Source: Basidiobolus meristosporus CBS 931.73
Taxonomy: Eukaryota > Fungi > Basidiobolomycota
DNA: 64,000 nucleotides
Assembly (NCBI GenBank): GCA_002104905.1
Contig: MCFE01000495.1
Coordinates: 2,643-66,642 of the forward strand
Direction of reading: 5' to 3'
Shown here: in pieces, positions 26,721-39,324 of the stretch
How the letters are laid out: each line of letters opens with the position of its first letter
How positions within the stretch are numbered: position 1 is the first letter of the stretch
Position numbers and translations under genes: made by a program
Notes under the pieces: model-generated
What the model saw: only the letters and a program-made list of their open reading frames with translations
Database searches by the model: none
What the model was told of the DNA's origin: nothing

Positions 26721-29700
26721 AACACGTAATATACTTGTCCTCCCAATCACTTCTAATATCTCCAAGACTCTTACAACAGGTTATGAGCCCCAAGCTGTCA
26801 CTCTCTGCAATGTCTACTACTGCTATTACTGGAATTTTTCCCTCAGCTGAAAAGTTGGATGGATCTAACTACCAAGTGTGGAAGGTGAAGATAAAGATGC
26901 TGCTACAAGAAAGAGGCCTTGGGGATATTGTTATGGGAGAAGAATGTCCTCCTAAAAATGTGGGAGAGGCAGCCTTAAAGTACCAGAAGAAGCAACAAAG
27001 TGCCTTTAACTGTATTTGCCTTAATGCTAAGGACAAATTGCTAATTCAATGCTCAAGAGCAAAAACAACTAAGAATGCCTCAAAGGCATTAGAAGACACC
27101 TACCAGTCATGCTCATCTGCTAAGAAAATGTATCTGAGACAAAATTCTTTACTACAAAGATGCTGTCAGGAGAAGAAATGAAAAATCTAATTAACAGAAT
27201 TTCCCTGCTGGTAGATGATATGGAATCTGTGGGCGTACCAACTACTGATGAGGATGTGATAGTTATTATCCTGAATAGCCTGACAGATGAGTTTCAGGGC
27301 CTTGTATCAGCCCTTAAATTACGTATATGGAAGGCTCCTGGATGAAGACTTAAGAAAATCAAGTGCCAATAAGAAGGAAGAAGAAAATGCATTAATAAGC
27401 AATGATAGCCAACAAAGAAGGTACTCAAGACCCTACAAAGGCAACAGCAACCTGTTTTGCAACTACTGCAAAAGGAAAGGACACACATCAGACTGGTGTC
27501 TCAAAAAGAGAGATTATCAGCAAAAGAAGACTGAATAGGGAAATGCTGCAACAACTGAAGATAGACTACTCATATCTGCACTAAATTTCACCGCCAACAA
27601 GGATTCTCAGACATGGTATATTGACTCTGGAGCTTCTCAACACTTTACACACTAAAAAGAACTTTTTACCCAATATCAAGAAATTCCAATTAAGAAGGTT
27701 TTCATGGGTGACAATAGAACACTTGATGCACTGGGAGAAGGAACAATCCAAGTAAGCCTAAGAAGCAGTGAAGGAAGCCATACACTGACTTTCAAAGAAG
27801 TACTCTATGTACCAGAAATAGCCAAGAACCTAATATCTGTAAGCAAGGCCACTGGAGAAGGACTCAATTTCAACTTTGACAATTCTGGATGCAAGATCAC
27901 TGATCAAAATGGTGCCCATATTGCTTTGCAAATCAGAGATCAGAGTCTATACAAGTTGACTTATATTCCATCATATCTGGAAGCCAATATAAGTAACTTA
28001 AATGAAGAAACACTAATGCTTTGGCACAGTAGATTTGGGAACATCAATTTTGATTATTTGCAAAAAATGATCAAAGATCAGCAAATTTCAGGAGTAATAT
28101 TGATCCCTGAGCTAATTTGGAGCACTATGAAGCCTGCATATATGGGAAACAAGCCAGACAACTGTTCAAGAGCTCATCCTTAGACCAGATGAAGTATTAA
28201 ATCACTTTTATTGATGATTATACAAGATACACAGGGGTCAACTTCATGGAGAGAAAGGAAGAAGCTCTGTTTAAGCTCAGGGAGCTTAAAGCCATGGTGG
28301 AGAGAGAAACTGGTGAAAAAATCAAGAAAATATGCTCTGTCAATGGTGGAGAATATACCTTGAAACTCTTCATCCACTTTTGCAAAATTCATGGGATAAA
28401 GCAAGAGACTACTGTACCATACTCCCCACAGCAAAATGGAGTAGCAGAACATGCTAACAGATCAATAATTGATATGGCAAGATCTATGATCCTTGATCAA
28501 AAATTATCCTATGATTTTTGGGTGGAAATAGTTGCCACTGCAATATACCTTAAAAATAGGAGTTATAACAGAATACTTTGTGATTCTACTCCATTTGAAG
28601 CATGGTATGTTACAGACCAAGTGCAGAACATCCAAGAATATTTGGGTGTACAGCATATGCCAAGAAACTGCCTGGAAATCAGTCAAATTTTGAGCCAAAG
28701 AGTGCAAAATGCATGTTTTTGGGCTACTGCAATGAGAGTAAGGCATACAGACTCTACAATACCAAAGCAAAGAAGCTGATCAAATCCAGGGATGTGTAGT
28801 TTGATGAAAATTCAAAATTTGCACACCAAATGACATCAGATGATGACAAAAATTTGATCTCAAGTCCACCAATTGTCAGGATTGAATCAGAGCAAAACAA
28901 TGAGTATTCTTTCACTCCAGAGAACTCTACAACTGTGGTTCAGCCAGAATCAGTGCCCAGGAATATCCCAGAAGTGATCATTTCAGTATCAAATGCCAGG
29001 AGATCCAATCAAACAAGAAAGAGCCCAAATTAGTATATCAATAAGGGTACAAACTTAGCCTATGCCTATGCAGTCCATATTGATGAACCCCAGACTGTAA
29101 AAGAGGCCCTAAATAGCCCTCAGACAAAGTTTTGGAGATCTACAATGACTGAGGAATATCAAGCCCTGATGGAAAATCAAACTTGGGACTTATTCAAATT
29201 ACCAATCAACCAAAAATCAATTGGATGCAGATGAGTCTTCAAGACAAAATACAAGGCTGATGGTACAGTTGAAAGATACAAAGCAAGACTTGTAGCCAAA
29301 TGATACTCTGAAACAAAAGGACTTGACTATACTGAGACCTTTGCACCAGTAGCCAAGTTTAATTCCGTCAGATTAATATTGGCTATTGCAGCCAAATATA
29401 AGTTTTTTATTCACCAAATGGATGTAAAAAACTGCATTTTTGAATGATGAACTTGATGAGGATGTGTTTATGGATCAGCCTGATGGGTTTGTTGACCAAG
29501 ATCACCCCCACTTGGTGTGCAAGCTTAAAAAGTCACTATATGGTCTCAAATAATCACTGAGAGCCTGAAATTGCAAGATAGATCCTTATTTACAATCTTT
29601 AAGCTTCAAAAGGAGTAATGCTGACTATAGTATATACTATAGGCCAGATAGAGCAAATCCATTCTATTAGCTCTATATGTGGATAACCTTTTTATAGCTG

Positions 29701-31368
29701 CCAATAACCCAGCAACATTGGAAGAGACTGAATCCAGCCTATCTAAGGAGTTCAAGATGTCTGATCTAGGAGAACTCAGTTACTACTTAGGGATTAAGTT
29801 CTCCATACACAGAAGTACCCAGACTATCACCCTAGGCCAATCCAAGTATATTCAAGATATACTAAAGAAGTACCAAATGGAAGACTGTATACCGGCAGCT
29901 ACCCCAATGGAGACAAACCTTAATTTGGTCAAAACTCAACCAAATCAAGAGAGCTTGGTGCCATCTGGAAGCCCTGACTTTCCTTATAAATCTATGGTTG
30001 GCAGTCTGCTGTATATCATGCTTGGAACACGTCCAGATATCTCATATTCAGTGGGAGTTGTCAGCCAACATATTCAGAACTATGGATCTGATCATATTGC
30101 AGCAGTTAAGCGGATTTTTAGATACCTAAAAGGAACTGCTGATATCTGCTTAAGATACACTTATAAGGTTTCAGAACAGGATCTTGTGGGATACTCTGAT
30201 GCTGATTGGGGACAAAACTTGGAAGACAGAAGATCCACCACAGGACACACCTTTCTTTTGTTGTAAGAGTCTTAGAGATATTGGAAGTGATTGGGAGAAC
30301 AAGTAGATTATGTGGTTTTCACATAATGATTTATTGAATGTAAAAGTAGTATTTATACTTTTACCTGGTCTTGGCATTACAAACACGTAGAATAGGTTAA
30401 GTAAGGTCCCAAGAACATGTGTGCAAAGTTTGGGGCTGTTTGGACAATTTTGAGAATTTTCATGTTCTGGGTACCAGGTATTTTGGTGAAAATATTCTAA
30501 GTAAATCCCAACAAGGAATTTGGTCAGTATTCTCTAGGATTTGAAGGTGATGATCTAAGTGACTAAGTTAGGTGAATATTTAGGTGGAAATACAAATTTT
30601 TACAACATCTTTACTGTAAAGGAGCAATTTCATGGAATTCAAGTAGCAACCAACCGTAGCACTTTCCACAACAGAGGCAGAGTATATGGCAGCCTGTGAA
30701 GCTACAAAAATAGCAATGTGGTTAAGAAAGCTTTTTACAGATTTAGGCCTATGTCAAAAAACACCTATTTCTTTATTTCAAGATAATCAGGATGTATACA
30801 ATTAGGTGGAAATCCAACTTTTCATGCTAGAACCAAGCACATAGATATTAGGCATCATTTCATACATGAAGCTATAGAGAATAACTTAGCTAGCTTAGTT
30901 TACTGTCCTACAGATGAAATGATTGCAGACATGTTTACTAAACCATTAGCTAGAGACAAGTTTGAATATCTTAGGTCAAAATTAGGACTAGTCAATATGA
31001 ACATTTATCTGAGTGGGATTGTTGTAAAAATTTGTATTTACACCTAAATATTCACCTAACTTAGTCACTTAGATCATCACCTTCAAATCCTTGAGAATAC
31101 TGACCAAATCCCTTGTGGGAATTTACTTAGAATATTTTCACCAAAATACCAGGTACCCAGAACATGAAAATTCTCAAAGTTGTCCAAACAGCCCCAAACT
31201 TTGCACACATGCTCTTGGGACCTTCCTTAGCCTATTCTACATGCTTGTAGTGCCAAGACCAGGTAAAAGTATAAATACTACTTTTACATTCAATAAATCA
31301 TTAAGTGAAAACCACATAATCTACTTGTCTTCCCAATCACTTCCATTATCTCCAAGACTCTTACAATA
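26721..31368 (+). mobile_element. Degenerate Ty1/copia copy (C4), fused head-to-head with C3
   Basis: Begins within U5 of the 5' LTR. PBS GGTTATGAGCCC, gag-pol fragments, solo-LTR insertion, PPT, 3' LTR 31020-31368. Confidence 0.92.
30259..30607 (-). mobile_element. Solo copia LTR inserted antisense in C4 RNase H
   Basis: Complete 349-bp LTR with a perfect 5-bp TSD TCTTT (30254-30258, 30608-30612). The RNase H sequence resumes after it. Confidence 0.92.
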
Positions 31369-31724
31369 TTTTTAACAACACTAAGTTGGCAATTGTAGCT
31401 AACTAGCTTTCCTTTGACAAGCTTGTTGCTTTATTTCTGCTCACATCTGAGCAGAGACAAAACACAAGTATTCCCAGCAAGCCTTTGCCAGAGGTTGTTG
31501 CACCAAGTGAACACCCCACACACAAATATTTTTCAGAAGTTTTGGGTATATCTCTCCCTTGGACTTATACACCACCACACTAGTGCAAAGGTCTCAATAC
31601 AGTCAAGTCCTTTTGTGTAAGAGTATACTTTGGCCAGAAGTTCTTCTTAGTATCTTTCAATTGTACTATCAGCCTTGTATTTTGTCTTGAAAACCCATCT
31701 GCATCCATTTGATTCTTAGTCAAC

Positions 31725-32132
31725 AGACCTGTTCAGTTGGAGAGTACCACATTGAGCCATGTGTGCCAAATTGTGCCATTGCATGCCAGAGAGGCATAGC
31801 AGACCTAAACTTGGCAATAATGTGTGAAACATAGCTCTGCATCTTCAAGCAAAGCAGCTACTGTGTTTCACCCACCATGCTGGAAAACCCCATTTGTTGA
31901 CCTTTGTTTTTGTATCAATGTTGTATAGGATGTGTGAGAGCACAGAAGAACTGAAGACATGTATCTGGTACTTAATACCCATAGCACTTTGAATCTAGCT
32001 CCTGTGGCTTGTATCATGTCACAAGAATGCATGGACTATCTTGGTTCATTGGCACAATCTGGCACTATATATAAATATTAGCCCCAGAGTATAATCTTAG
32101 GATCAGATTGGATCTACCCATGGGACCAAGTT
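31725..32132. mobile_element. Decayed MITE-like element related to 17929-18139
   Basis: Ends AGACCTGTTCA / ATGGGACCAAGTT resemble the MITE TIRs. Internal TGTGCCA/TGGCAC motifs. Flanked by copia RT relics in opposite orientations. Confidence 0.4.
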
Positions 32133-32139
32133 ATTTTTC

Positions 32140-33385
32140 ATAGGGTCAGTTACTACTTAAGAGTTAAGCTCTCCATAGACAGAATTACCCAGACTATCAC
32201 CCTAAGTCAAGTCAAGTATATTCAAGATATACTAGAAAAGTACCAAATGGAAGACTGTACACTGGCAGCTACCCCAATGGAGTCAAACCTTAACTTTGTC
32301 AAAACTTAACCAAATCAAGAGAGCTTGGTGCCATCCAAAAGCCCTGACTTTCCTTATCAATCCATAATTGGCAGTCGGATGTATGTTATGCTTGGAACCT
32401 GTTCAGATATCTCATTTTCAGTGGGAGTTGTCTGCCAACATAATCAGAACTATGGATCTGATCATATTGAAGCAGTTAAGCAGATCTTTAGATACCCAAA
32501 AGGAACTGCTAGTATCTGCTTAAGATACACTTATAAGGATTCCAAACAGGATTTTGTGGGATGCGCTGATGCTGTTTGGGCACAAAATTTAGAATACAGA
32601 AGATCCACCACAGGACACATCTTTCTTTACTGCAAAGGAGCAATTTCATGAATTTCAAGAAAGCTACTAACTGTAGCACTTTCTACCATTGAGGCAGAGT
32701 GTATGGCAGCCTGTGAGGCTACAAAAAAAACAATGTGGCTAAGAAAGCTTTTTACAGATTTAGGCCTATGTCAAAAAACACCTATTACTTTATTTCAAGA
32801 TAATCAAGGATGAGGACAACTAGGTAGAAATCCAACTTTTCATGCTAGAGCTAAGCACATAGATATTGACACCATTTCACATGTGAAGCTATTGAGAATA
32901 GCTTAGTTAGCTGAGCTTACTGTCCTACACATGAAATTGTTGCAGACCTATTTACCAAACCATCAGCTAGGGACAAGTTTAAATATCTTAGGTCAAAATT
33001 AGGACCAGTCAGTATGAGCATTTAGCTGTGTGGGAGTGTGGTAGAAATTAGTAGTTCCACCTAAGTATTCACCTAACTTAGTCACTTAGATCATTACCTT
33101 CAAATCCTTGAGAATACTGACCAAATCCCTTGTGGGAATTTACTTAGAATATTCTCACCAAAATACCAGGTACCCAGAACATGAAAGTTCTCAAAGTTGT
33201 CCAAACAGCCCCAAACTTTGCACACATGCTCTTGGGACCTTCCTTAACCTATTCTACATGTTTGTAATGCCAAGACCATGTAAAAGTATAAATACTACTT
33301 TCACATCCAATACATCATCAAGCAAAAGCCACAAAATATACTTGTCCTCCCAACCACTTCTAAGACTTCCAAGACTTTTACAACA
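32140..33385 (+). mobile_element. Copia 3' fragment (RT end, RNase H, PPT, LTR shared with C5)
   Basis: Peptide GTCSDISFSVGVVCQHNQNYGSDH, RNase H remnant, PPT, then LTR 33037-33385. Confidence 0.85.
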
Positions 33386-36300
33386 GACCTTGAGCCTCAA
33401 GCTGTCACTCTTTGCAATGTCTACTACAACTATTACTGCAATTTTTTCCCCTGCTGAAAAGTTGGATGGATCTAATTACCAAGTGTGGAAGGTAAAGATG
33501 AAGATACTGCTGCAAGAAAGAGGTCTTTGGGATATTCTCATGGGAGCAGAATGCCCTGCTAAAAATGTGGGAGAGGAAGCCTTAAAGTACAAGAAGAGAG
33601 AACAAAGTGCATTTAACTGCATTTTCTTTAATGTTAAGGACAAATTGATAATTTGATGCTCAAGAGCAAAAACAGCAAAGAATGTGTGGAATGCATTAGA
33701 CAACACATACTAGTCATGTTCAGCTGCTAAGAAAATGTATCTGAGGCAACAATTCTTTATTACAAAGATGCTGCCAGGAGAAGAAATGAAAAATCTAACT
33801 AACAGAATTACCCTGCCGGAGGATGAAATGGAATCTCTGGGTGTACCAACTACTGATGAGGATGTGCTAGTAACTATCCTGCATAGCCTGACAGACAAGT
33901 TTCAGGGTCTTTTACCAGCCCTGGGGTCCAAAACCAAAGATGTGACCTTAAATTACATATATGGAAGGCCCCTGGATGACAAATTAAGAAAATCAGGTGC
34001 CAATAAGAAGAAGAAAATGCTTTAATAAGCAATGATAACCAACAAAGGAGGTACCTAAGACCCTACAAAGGCAACAGCAACCAGTGTTGCAACTACTGCA
34101 AAAGCAATGGACACACATCAGATCATTGCTTCAAAAGGGATAAAATCAGCAAAAGAAGCCTAAATATGGAAATGCTGCAACAACTGAGACAGACTGTTCA
34201 TATCTACACTAAAAATGGCCACAAACAAGGATTCTCAGATGTGGTATATTGACTCTGGAGCATCTAAACACTTAACATAGCAAAAAGAACTTTTTACCCA
34301 TTATCAAGAAATTCCAATTAAGAAGGTCTACATGGGTGACAACAGAACACTTGATGCATTTGGAGAAGGAACTATCCAAGTAAACCTAAGAAGCAGTGAA
34401 GGAAGCCATACACTGACCTTTAAAGAAGTACTTTATGTACCAGAAATAGCCAAGAATCAACTATCTGTGAGCAAGGCCACAGCAGAAGGACTCAGCTTCA
34501 GCTTTGACAATTCTGGATGCAAGATAACTGATCAAAATGGTGTGCATATTGCATTGGGTATCAGAGATCAGAATCTATACAAGTTGATCTATATTCCATT
34601 ATATTTGGAAGCCAATATAAGTAACTTAAATGAAGAAACACTAATGCTTTGGCATAGGAGATTTGGGCACATCAATTTTGGTTATTTGCGCAAAATGATC
34701 AAAGATCAGCTATTTTCCAGAGTAAAAGTTGATCCCCCAGCTAGTTTGGAGCACTATGAAGCCTGCAGATAGAGGAAACAAGCCAGATGACCATTCAAGA
34801 GCTCTGGGTTAATCAAAACTAAGAAAAAATTGGATCTAATGCACTCAGATCTGTGTTGACCTATGCAAAATTTATCCTTAGGTGGGATGAAGTATTTAAC
34901 CACTTTTATTGATGATTATACAAGATATGTGAGGGTCTACTTCTTGGAGAGAAAGGAAGAAGCTCTGTCAAAGTTCAGGAGGTTCAATGCCATGGTGGAG
35001 AGAGAAACTGGTAAGAAAATCAAGAAAATACACTCTGTCAACGTTAGAGAATATACTTCAAAACTCTTCATCCACTTCTGCAAAATTCATGGGATAAAGC
35101 AAGAGTCTACTGTACCCTACTCCCCACAGCAAAATGGAGTAGCAGAACATCCTAACAGATCAATAACTGATATGGCAAGATATATGATCTACGATCAAAA
35201 ATTATCATATGATTTTTGGGCAGAATCAGTTGCCACTGCTGTATACCTTGAAAATAGCAGTTATAACCAAGTACTTGGTAATTCTACTCCACTTGAAGCA
35301 TGGTATGGGTACAGACCAAGTGCAGAACATCCAAAAATAATTTGGTGTCAGCATATGCCAAGAAATTGCCTGGAAATCAGTCAAAATTTGAGCCAAAAAG
35401 TGTAAAATGCTTATTTTTGGTCAACTGCAATGAGAATAAAGCATACAGACTCTACAATACTGAAGCAAAGAGGCTAATCAAGTCCAGGGACGTGTTGTTT
35501 GGTAATATTCAAAATTTTCACAAAAAATGACATCAGATGATGACAAAAAACTGATCTCAAGTCCCCCAATTGTCATACTAGATCAGAGCAAAACAATGAA
35601 AATTTTTCACTCCAGAGGACTTTAAAACCATGATTCAGCCTGAATCAGTGCCCAGGAATATCTCAGAAGTGAATATTCCAGTGTCAAATGCCTGGAGATC
35701 CAATTGGACAAGAAATAGTGCAAATTACTATATCAATGAGGGTACAAACTCAGCCTATGCCTATTCAGTCTGCGTCAAATTACCAGTCAACCAAAAATCA
35801 ATTGGATGCAGATAGGTTGTTAAGACAAAGTACAAGGCTGATGATACAATTGAAAGATACAAAGCAAGACTTGTGGCCAAAGAATACTTTCAAACAAAAG
35901 GACTTGACTATACTGAGACCTTTGCACTGGTAGCCAAGTTTAATTCAATCAGATTAATATTGGCTATTGCAGCCAAACATAAGTTTCTTATTCATCAAAT
36001 GGATGTAAAAACTGCATATTGAGTGGAAAAATTGATGAGGATGTGTATATGGACCAGCCTGATGGGTTTGTTGACCAACATAACCCCCACTTGGTCTGCA
36101 AGCTGAAAAAGGTTCTGTATGGTCTCAAGTAATAACCCAGTGCCTGGAATTGCAAGATAGATTCTTATTTGGAATCTCTGAGTTTCAAAAGGAGTAATGC
36201 TGACTATAGTATATACAATAAGCCAGATAGAGCAAATCCAGTTCTGTTAGCTCTATATGTGAATGATCTTATTATAGCTGCCAATAACCTAGAAACATTG

Positions 36301-37599
36301 GAAGAGACTAAATCCAGCCTATCTAAGGAGTTCAAGATGTCCAATCTAGGAGAACTCTGTTACTACTTAGGGATTCAGTTATCCATAGACAGAAGTACCC
36401 AGACTATCACCCTAAACCAATCCAAGTATATTCAAAATATACTAAAGAAGTACCAAATGGAAGACTGTAAACCAGCAGCTACCGCAATGGAGATAAACCT
36501 TAACTTGGTCAAAACTGCAACCAAATCAAGAGAGCTTGGTGCCATCAGAAAGCTCTGACTTTCCTTATCAATCTTTAGTTGGCAGTCTGATGTATATCAT
36601 GCTTGGAACACGTCCAGATATCTCATATTAAGTGGGAGTTGTCAGCCAACATAATCAGAACTATGGATCTGAGCATATTACAGTAGTTAAGCGCATTTTT
36701 AGATACTTAAGAGGACCTGCTGATATCTACCTAGGTACACCCATAAGGATTCTAAGACAAGATCTTATGGGATACTCTGGTGCTGATTGGGCACAAAACT
36801 TAGAAGATAGAAGATTCACCTCAGGATATGCCTTTCTTTTCTGTAAAGGAGCAATTTCATGGAACTCTATAAAAGCAACCAATCATAGCATTTTCTACCA
36901 CTGAGGCAGAGTATATGGCAGCCTGTGGAGTCACAAAAGAAGCAATATGGCTAAGAAAGCTTTTTAAGGCTTAGGCTTATGTCAAAAAATCCTTAATACT
37001 TTAGTGCAAGATAATTAAGGATATATGCAATTAGGTAGAGATCCAACTTTTGCATACTAGAACTAAGCACATCAGATATTAGACATCATTTCATATGTGA
37101 GGCTATCAGAGAATGACTTGATTAGCTAGCTTAGCGTCCTACAAATGAAATGAATGCAGATATAGTTACCAAACCATTAGCTAGAGAGAATTTGATTACC
37201 TTTGATTAAAATTAGGACTAGTCAGTGTACAGCATTTAGTTGAGTAGGAGTGTTGTAAATATTTGTAATTCCACCTAAATATTCACTCAACTTAGTCACT
37301 TATATCATTACCTTCAAATATTGGAGAATACTGACCAAATTCCTTGTTGGAATTTACTTAGAATATTTCTGCCAATATATCAGGTACCCAGAACATGAAA
37401 ATTCTCAAAGTTGTCCAAACAGCTCCAAACCTTGCACACATCTTTTTGAGACCTTCCTATATCTACTCTACATGTTTTTTATGCCAAGACCATGTAAAAG
37501 TATAGAAACTACTTTTACATTCAATAAATAATTGATTGAACAATACATTATCAACTTGTTCTCCCAATCACTTTCAATATCTTCAAGACTCTTACAACA
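33037..37599 (+). mobile_element. Degenerate Ty1/copia copy (C5)
   Basis: LTR 33037-33385, variant PBS GACCTTGAGCCT at 33386, gag-pol fragments with a deletion at ~35770, 3' LTR 37251-37599. Confidence 0.92.
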
Positions 37600-37878
37600 G
37601 ATATCTCATATTCAGCAGGAATTGTCAACTGGCATAAGTGAAACTGAATTAGATATGATGATGCAACTGGGCAGATTTTTGGCCAGATTCAGTTACAAGG
37701 GATTGATCCATACTTCCCTGACATAAGATAGTATAGCTGATTGAGCACCTAATTGAGTGCAGCTTCACAGAAAATGTCAATGAAGGATCTAGCAGTGGGA
37801 GAGATGGGCAACCATAACACAACAAGGATCAAAGGGGTGTAGGGTTGGAGAATCAACACCAGTTTTTATTGAATACCA

Positions 37879-37921
37879 GGGGAGGGCTAGGGCTAGGGCT
37901 AGGGCAAAGGCGAGGGCTAGG
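37879..37921 (+). repeat. (GGGCTA)n telomere-like, G-quadruplex-forming tract
   Basis: GGGGAGGGCTAGGGCTAGGGCTAGGG fits the G3-N1-7 x4 pattern. A degenerate complementary tract CCTAATCCTAACCTTAACCCTAGCCC lies at ~38217-38243. Confidence 0.6.
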
Positions 37922-38494
37922 TGGTTTCAACCTAATAGGATCTTATGGATATTCTGTAAGCGCGGAGCATACCACGGATGCTCCCAAAGCATCACCCTTC
38001 CGGAAGGGCCACCAAAACTTGGGATTCCCATATCTTTACAATTGGACGCCACTTCTTCACTTTTCACCCCCAAATTACCTTACCATGTGGCAAGCGCCAC
38101 CGGTAGTTTCAAACACTGCGAGTTGTATACCTGGCGCAAACGAACCTCCGTCATATTGGCAGGGATTTCATTTCCAACGATATGACAGCATGAAGAGAAT
38201 GGTTGGCCAGCGCCGATCCTAATCCTAACCTTAACCCTAGCCCCAACTTACTGTAAGAGATAGGCGATCACAGTTCATCAGGAACACGTTGATCTTGGCC
38301 TGTTCGCTTCTACGGAATTGACCAGCAGAGCTCCAAAAATCTCTCTGGTTACCACATCCCCCCAGGCCAATCAGGACAGATGCTGGTGGGATCCCAAGCC
38401 TTTCGTCTACAATCCAATTACCAATGCCTATCATTGATTGGTGGTCTATTGGGTCCGGTTGAACCGAAAATCCATGGTGTCCAGTGGCAAAAGT

Positions 38495-38567
38495 CGATCC
38501 AGGTGGGGGTCGAACCCACGACTTTCTCCTCCGGAGGGAGACACTCTTTCCACTGAGCTACAGGACC
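38495..38567 (-). tRNA. tRNA-Arg(CCG)
   Basis: GGTCCTG-TA-GCTC-AGTGGAAA-GAGT-G-TCTCC-CT-CCG-GA-GGAGA-AAGTC-GTGGG-TTCGACC-CCCAC-CTGGATC-G. 73-nt cloverleaf with intact A/B boxes and a TTTT terminator 3 nt downstream. Confidence 0.93.
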
Positions 38568-38735
38568 ATCCTGATCTTTACATCGGGAAACCCCCCCCCC
38601 AACCAATCCAACCCACCTTCCGTAGTTCGAATCAACGTCAGTCGGTCGGATTGGATATTAAGATGATAGTAGTGATTGATATGTACACTTCACTTCTACT
38701 TTTCGTTGAGTTGGTCAATACAGGCAGGAAAGCAG

Positions 38736-39128
38736 ATGATGGTACTATCATTAGGACAATTACTTTACTTCACTTTGTTTATGGTCAACGGACTGGCCAT
38801 TCTTAACGAGGAGCGTTTCCTTGCTCGTGGTAAGTGGCCTCTCATCGCGAACTTTGATCAACCCCCACCCTCGGTACTAACAATCAACTCTCGCCCTCAG
38901 TCGGTTGGGGAAAAGTGGAGCCCACGTTCGGCGGAGATCCAAACCAGAGCATCAAAGCCAAATTGATCAACCTGATCTCGGCAGTTCGCACCCTCTTGAG
39001 AAGTAAGTGACCTTAGCAAACGTTCCTCGGTCGGTCGGAGCTAACCATGCATTGTCTTTGCCACCTAACCAGTCCCGCTCATCGTACTCAACCTACTGGT
39101 CATCGTGTACGAGCTTCTCCTTGGATAG
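38736..39128 (+). CDS. YOS1: Yos1/IER3IP1 ER-Golgi transport membrane protein (3 exons: 38736-38829, 38901-39002, 39073-39128)
   Basis: Spliced product MMVLSLGQLLYFTLFMVNGLAILNEERFLARVGWGKVEPTFGGDPNQSIKAKLINLISAVRTLLRIPLIVLNLLVIVYELLLG carries the family motifs NxxAILNEERFL and LIxAVRTLxRIPLI. Both introns are GTAAGT..CTAAC..AG. Confidence 0.95.
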
Positions 39129-39324
39129 AGCTGTCTAGTCATCTAGGCCAAACCTTAGCCAATCATACGCCCATATGTAAACCTACTTTCTTCCACTCTT
39201 CTGTGCCGGGTTTTGATTCGGGGAAATAAAGTTCACCCCTCACTTTGCCACTGACACCACACCACGGTTGCGGCTTTCGATGCTTTCTTCAGTTCGTTGG
39301 ATCCGCCCTGTCTCTCACCCACAG

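Noticed and set aside
1-37850. Classical Neurospora-type RIP (CpA to TpA)
   Set aside because: CpA/TpG are abundant, and the visible young-versus-old differences concentrate at CpG.
37879-38243. True or healed telomere
   Set aside because: Only 4-5 degenerate units, internal, with ordinary sequence on both sides.
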